A stretch of DNA of 64,000 nucleotides from a virus. Within the stretch, counting starts at the first letter, position 1; the number at the start of each line of letters is the position of its first letter. The stretch is taken from positions 13,592-77,591 of the IMG/VR virus record IMGVR_UViG_3300047548_000777. The stretch is one strand, 5' to 3'. The position numbers and the translations under genes were made by a program. Of the stretch, positions 61,112 to 64,000 are shown one piece after another. The notes under the pieces were generated by a model. That model made no database searches. It was not told where the DNA came from and saw nothing but the letters and a program-made list of their open reading frames with translations.

Positions 61112-62886
61112 TCTGTAACCTCTAAGTCATTTGAATATGTTGTAAATCCATTTTCTTTGATAACTTTGAGCACGTTGTTAACTCTTCCTACTAATTCATC
61201 TTTATGACTGATCAAGTATACATTTTTATTGCGCTCTCGAGCCATTCTTTTTAAAACACTGAGTGCATTTTCAACGCCGTTTGCATCAAGTCCATTATCA
61301 ATAAGTTCGTCAATAAACAACAGGTTAACATTTTGATATAAGCTTTCCCAAACATCCCTGAATGCCCAGCTAAGACCCAGTATTAGCCTGTTTCTTTCTC
61401 CTCTACTGAGGTTATCAAAGTCTAAATCTTGACCCAGTTGCGTAATTTCCACAGTTAAATCGTTTTTAAACAATACCTGGTGAGGCAACCCCATTTTATC
61501 AAGATAGTAAGTTAGTCTATTATTTAAATAGGATAGATTTTGGTCTATGATCTTTTTTCTAATAAAGCTATCTTTGTTAGTCAACAGTTTAAGTAGGAAT
61601 TCTTGGTGGTCCTTTAAACTGTTTAATTGATTAATTGTGTCCCAGTTTATTTCTTGTAATGCTGTTCGTTGTAACTCTTCGATTTGCTCTTGGTAAGGAT
61701 CCTGTTCGCTCGCCTTAGCCACCAGCGCACCTTCAAGCGTAGCCAAATTGTTCTGATGACGTAGTGCCTCCTCCACAGTTTCGTAAAATACCTTAGGTCT
61801 ACCATTAATGTCTCCAATTTTTTCTAATTCTTCAACAACTTTTACTAAATCTGCGCTTACCTTGCTTAGGTACAAGCACGCTTCTTCTAAATTTTTAAGA
61901 GCTTTTGCTTGCATTTCCTCATGTTTATGGTCATGAATTTCTTGTTCACAAGCAGGGCAGCGGTTGCTTTCTAATTGTTCAATTTCTTTATCGTACTTTT
62001 TAACAGTTTTTTCTGCTTGTATAACGGCACTTTCTAAAGTAGCACGCTCTTTACCTAGGCTTTTGATTTTTGCTGATAGCTCATCGTAGACTTTTAATTT
62101 TGCATGTTGTTCAAGCTCTTTTTCAATGTCTACCTCTTGTAATTCAGCAATACTGTAGGCTATTTTTTCTAAATCCTTGTCTTTTTGATTATTCCATGCA
62201 CTCTGTTTGGTGCGCAAGCTATCGATGCTTAATCCAATTTTTTCGTTAGACCTTTTAGTTGCTTCGATATTACTAGTTTCTTGAACAAGTGCATCTTTAG
62301 TTTTTCGAACTTCTTCTTTTAATGATTCTGCCTTTTCACTGAGCATTGTAATACCTAGTAGCTGCTCAATTATTTCTCTTTGATCGTTTGCACGCATACT
62401 TAGGAATGGTTCAGTGTAAGTATTGAGTGCAACAATGTGTTTGAACATATCGTGACTCATCCCCAACAGTTGATCAATGTCTTTCTGAGTTTCTCGCATA
62501 TCTCCTTGACTTTCATCAGCGGCAATGGATTGCTCTTGGTCATTGATATAAAATTTCATAATGCTAGGCTTTCGCCCGCGCTCGATTCGATAGCTAGTTC
62601 CATTCTTATCAAATGTCAAGGTAACTAACATATTTTTATTGTTGATTTTATTAATCAAATTGTCTTTTTTAATGTTGGTTAATGCATTACCGAACAGTGC
62701 AAAACTCAATGCATTGACAATTGTAGTTTTTCCGGTTCCGTTTCTGCTACCGCTATCGTCTCCGCCTTGATCTAGATTCTCACCTAACACAAGAGTTAGT
62801 AGCTCTTTTTCAAAATTAACTGCTTGAGAGACATTGCCCACGGACATGAAGTTTTTCACTGTTAAAGTTTTTAATTTGATGCTCAT
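61108..62886 (-). CDS. gp46: Recombination endonuclease ATPase subunit (T4 gp46 / Rad50-SbcC-like)
   Basis: KNFMS.G, Walker A NGTGKTT, zinc hook CPAC, signature LSRGE, Walker B LLFIDE and ISH. Confidence 0.95.
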   Translation of the reverse strand: MSIKLKTLTVKNFMSVGNVSQAVNFEKELLTLVLGENLDQGGDDSGSRNGTGKTTIVNALSFALFGNALTNIKKDNLINKINNKNMLVTLTFDKNGTSYRIERGRKPSIMKFYINDQEQSIAADESQGDMRETQKDIDQLLGMSHDMFKHIVALNTYTEPFLSMRANDQREIIEQLLGITMLSEKAESLKEEVRKTKDALVQETSNIEATKRSNEKIGLSIDSLRTKQSAWNNQKDKDLEKIAYSIAELQEVDIEKELEQHAKLKVYDELSAKIKSLGKERATLESAVIQAEKTVKKYDKEIEQLESNRCPACEQEIHDHKHEEMQAKALKNLEEACLYLSKVSADLVKVVEELEKIGDINGRPKVFYETVEEALRHQNNLATLEGALVAKASEQDPYQEQIEELQRTALQEINWDTINQLNSLKDHQEFLLKLLTNKDSFIRKKIIDQNLSYLNNRLTYYLDKMGLPHQVLFKNDLTVEITQLGQDLDFDNLSRGERNRLILGLSWAFRDVWESLYQNVNLLFIDELIDNGLDANGVENALSVLKRMARERNKNVYLISHKDELVGRVNNVLKVIKENGFTTYSNDLEVTE

Positions 62887-63896
62887 AAATTTCTATAGAT
62901 TTCAAGTAAAACGTTTGTATCGTACGATTCGCTTTCGATATTAACTAATTGATTGCTAACAATTTGATCAACACTTTCAAATGCTTGAACATCAATGCTA
63001 GTATTAATTTCTACCTCTTTTTTCTCGGGTATTAGAGTTAATTCTCTAATGTCATAATCGCTAATAAACTTTTCTTTAATAAAGCTTGCTTCCTCGTAAC
63101 TAATGTCAATATCTAGTGCTACTCTAAGATGCATTTTAGTTTTTAGAATATTATCTGCATCGTCGATTAGTTGGCTTAGTTTGAGGGTTCGAAACTTAGG
63201 AGCATTATCCCAGTTTTTATAAACTGGTTGACCACCCCACTCAAGTATCATCATACCACGTTCGTCATCCCAAGCATCGGCGTAATTGTGAGGGAACGCA
63301 TTTCCGATGTAATGCATGTTATTTCGTGACTGCCGTTTGTGAAAATGCCCACTAAATCCAAGTTCATATCCATCAAACTGTGCAAGTTGAATTTCACCAT
63401 GATCTGGCATTTGCACCATTGCGTTCATAAAAAAGCTAGGCAGCTCAAAGTGTCCAAAAATGTACTTGGCTGGCTTTTTACCCACTGTTTTCCATTCTTC
63501 ACCAACTAGCCAAGGACACATGGTAACATTTCCCACGGTCATTGGCTTATGAACTATAGTAATACCAGGGATGTATTTCCCAAATTCTGCGCTATGAATA
63601 TCTCTCTTGTCTCTGTAGTAGAGGTCATGATTTCCTGGAAAGAAGAAAAACTGGTCAAATGCTTGTCCTAGTTTTTCAAGAGCCCTGAGGCTGTAATCCA
63701 TGGTAACAATGTTTAATGTATTTCGATTATTATGCCAGTCACCTAGGAAAATGCCGGTATCGCATCCTTCTTTTTTAGCTTCGTCTATGAACCAATCAAT
63801 AAAATCTTCGCAATCTTGATTGTGTACCACACTGTTTGATTTAAGGCCGAAATGAATATCAGTCATCGCAGCAACTTTTTTAAATAAATTACTCAT
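62883..63896 (-). CDS. gp47: Recombination endonuclease nuclease subunit (T4 gp47 / Mre11-SbcD-like)
   Basis: Metallophosphoesterase motifs TDIHFG, LGD, GNHD, GHFE and SGHFH. Confidence 0.95.
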   Translation of the reverse strand: MSNLFKKVAAMTDIHFGLKSNSVVHNQDCEDFIDWFIDEAKKEGCDTGIFLGDWHNNRNTLNIVTMDYSLRALEKLGQAFDQFFFFPGNHDLYYRDKRDIHSAEFGKYIPGITIVHKPMTVGNVTMCPWLVGEEWKTVGKKPAKYIFGHFELPSFFMNAMVQMPDHGEIQLAQFDGYELGFSGHFHKRQSRNNMHYIGNAFPHNYADAWDDERGMMILEWGGQPVYKNWDNAPKFRTLKLSQLIDDADNILKTKMHLRVALDIDISYEEASFIKEKFISDYDIRELTLIPEKKEVEINTSIDVQAFESVDQIVSNQLVNIESESYDTNVLLEIYRNL

Positions 63897-64000
63897 TCGC
63901 TTCCGCCTTCTTCAAAACGACGCATTGCATTTGCATAATCTCCGTCGCTGGTTCTGGTGTAACTAGGATTCATTCCGTGTATTTCTAGTAAGTCATCCCG
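63893..64000 (-). CDS. 3' end of an upstream gene (possibly the gp55-like late sigma factor, by synteny)
   Basis: Open frame RDDLLEIHGMNPSYTRTSDGDYANAMRRFEEGGSE*, with an ATGA overlap onto the gp47 start. Identity inferred only from the T4-like 55-47-46 gene order. Confidence 0.45.
   Translation of the reverse strand, partial: RDDLLEIHGMNPSYTRTSDGDYANAMRRFEEGGSE

Noticed and set aside
1-64000. Stop-codon reassignment (TAG or TGA recoding)
   Set aside because: All large conserved genes are intact in the standard code, and TAG (59507, 60845) and TGA both end genes at sensible places.

Overview
A 64 kb segment of a large, AT-rich, distantly T4-related myovirus (jumbo-phage type), with almost all genes on the minus strand. 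It holds the virion morphogenesis module: head-completion nuclease, two tail-tube paralogues, a 1105-aa tail sheath, neck proteins, a tail terminator, about 29 kb of baseplate and fibre genes, major capsid protein, scaffold, prohead protease, portal, tape-measure-like protein and hub/chaperone genes. It also encodes a dNMP kinase, a NUDIX hydrolase, an amidoligase and the gp46/gp47 recombination nuclease. The most unusual signals are: (1) three free-standing endonucleases of three families, each next to a diverged duplicate of the element it appears to have interrupted (a synonymously recoded capsid C-terminus, a covarying four-way-junction leader RNA, and a gene N-terminus); (2) a roughly 600-nt, densely structured non-coding region at 58.6-59.2 kb, a candidate large ncRNA or origin; (3) a T-TTT-TTC -1 frameshift joining the gp26-like and gp51-like genes beside the tape measure; (4) an apparent ATT start codon for the gp14-like neck gene; (5) a recurring TAAATA-N5-ATG leaderless late-gene layout; and (6) several accessory proteins with T4-like capsid-targeting N-termini. 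No tRNA, rRNA, CRISPR array or reverse transcriptase was seen. Product calls rest on motif recognition and synteny only; no database search was run.
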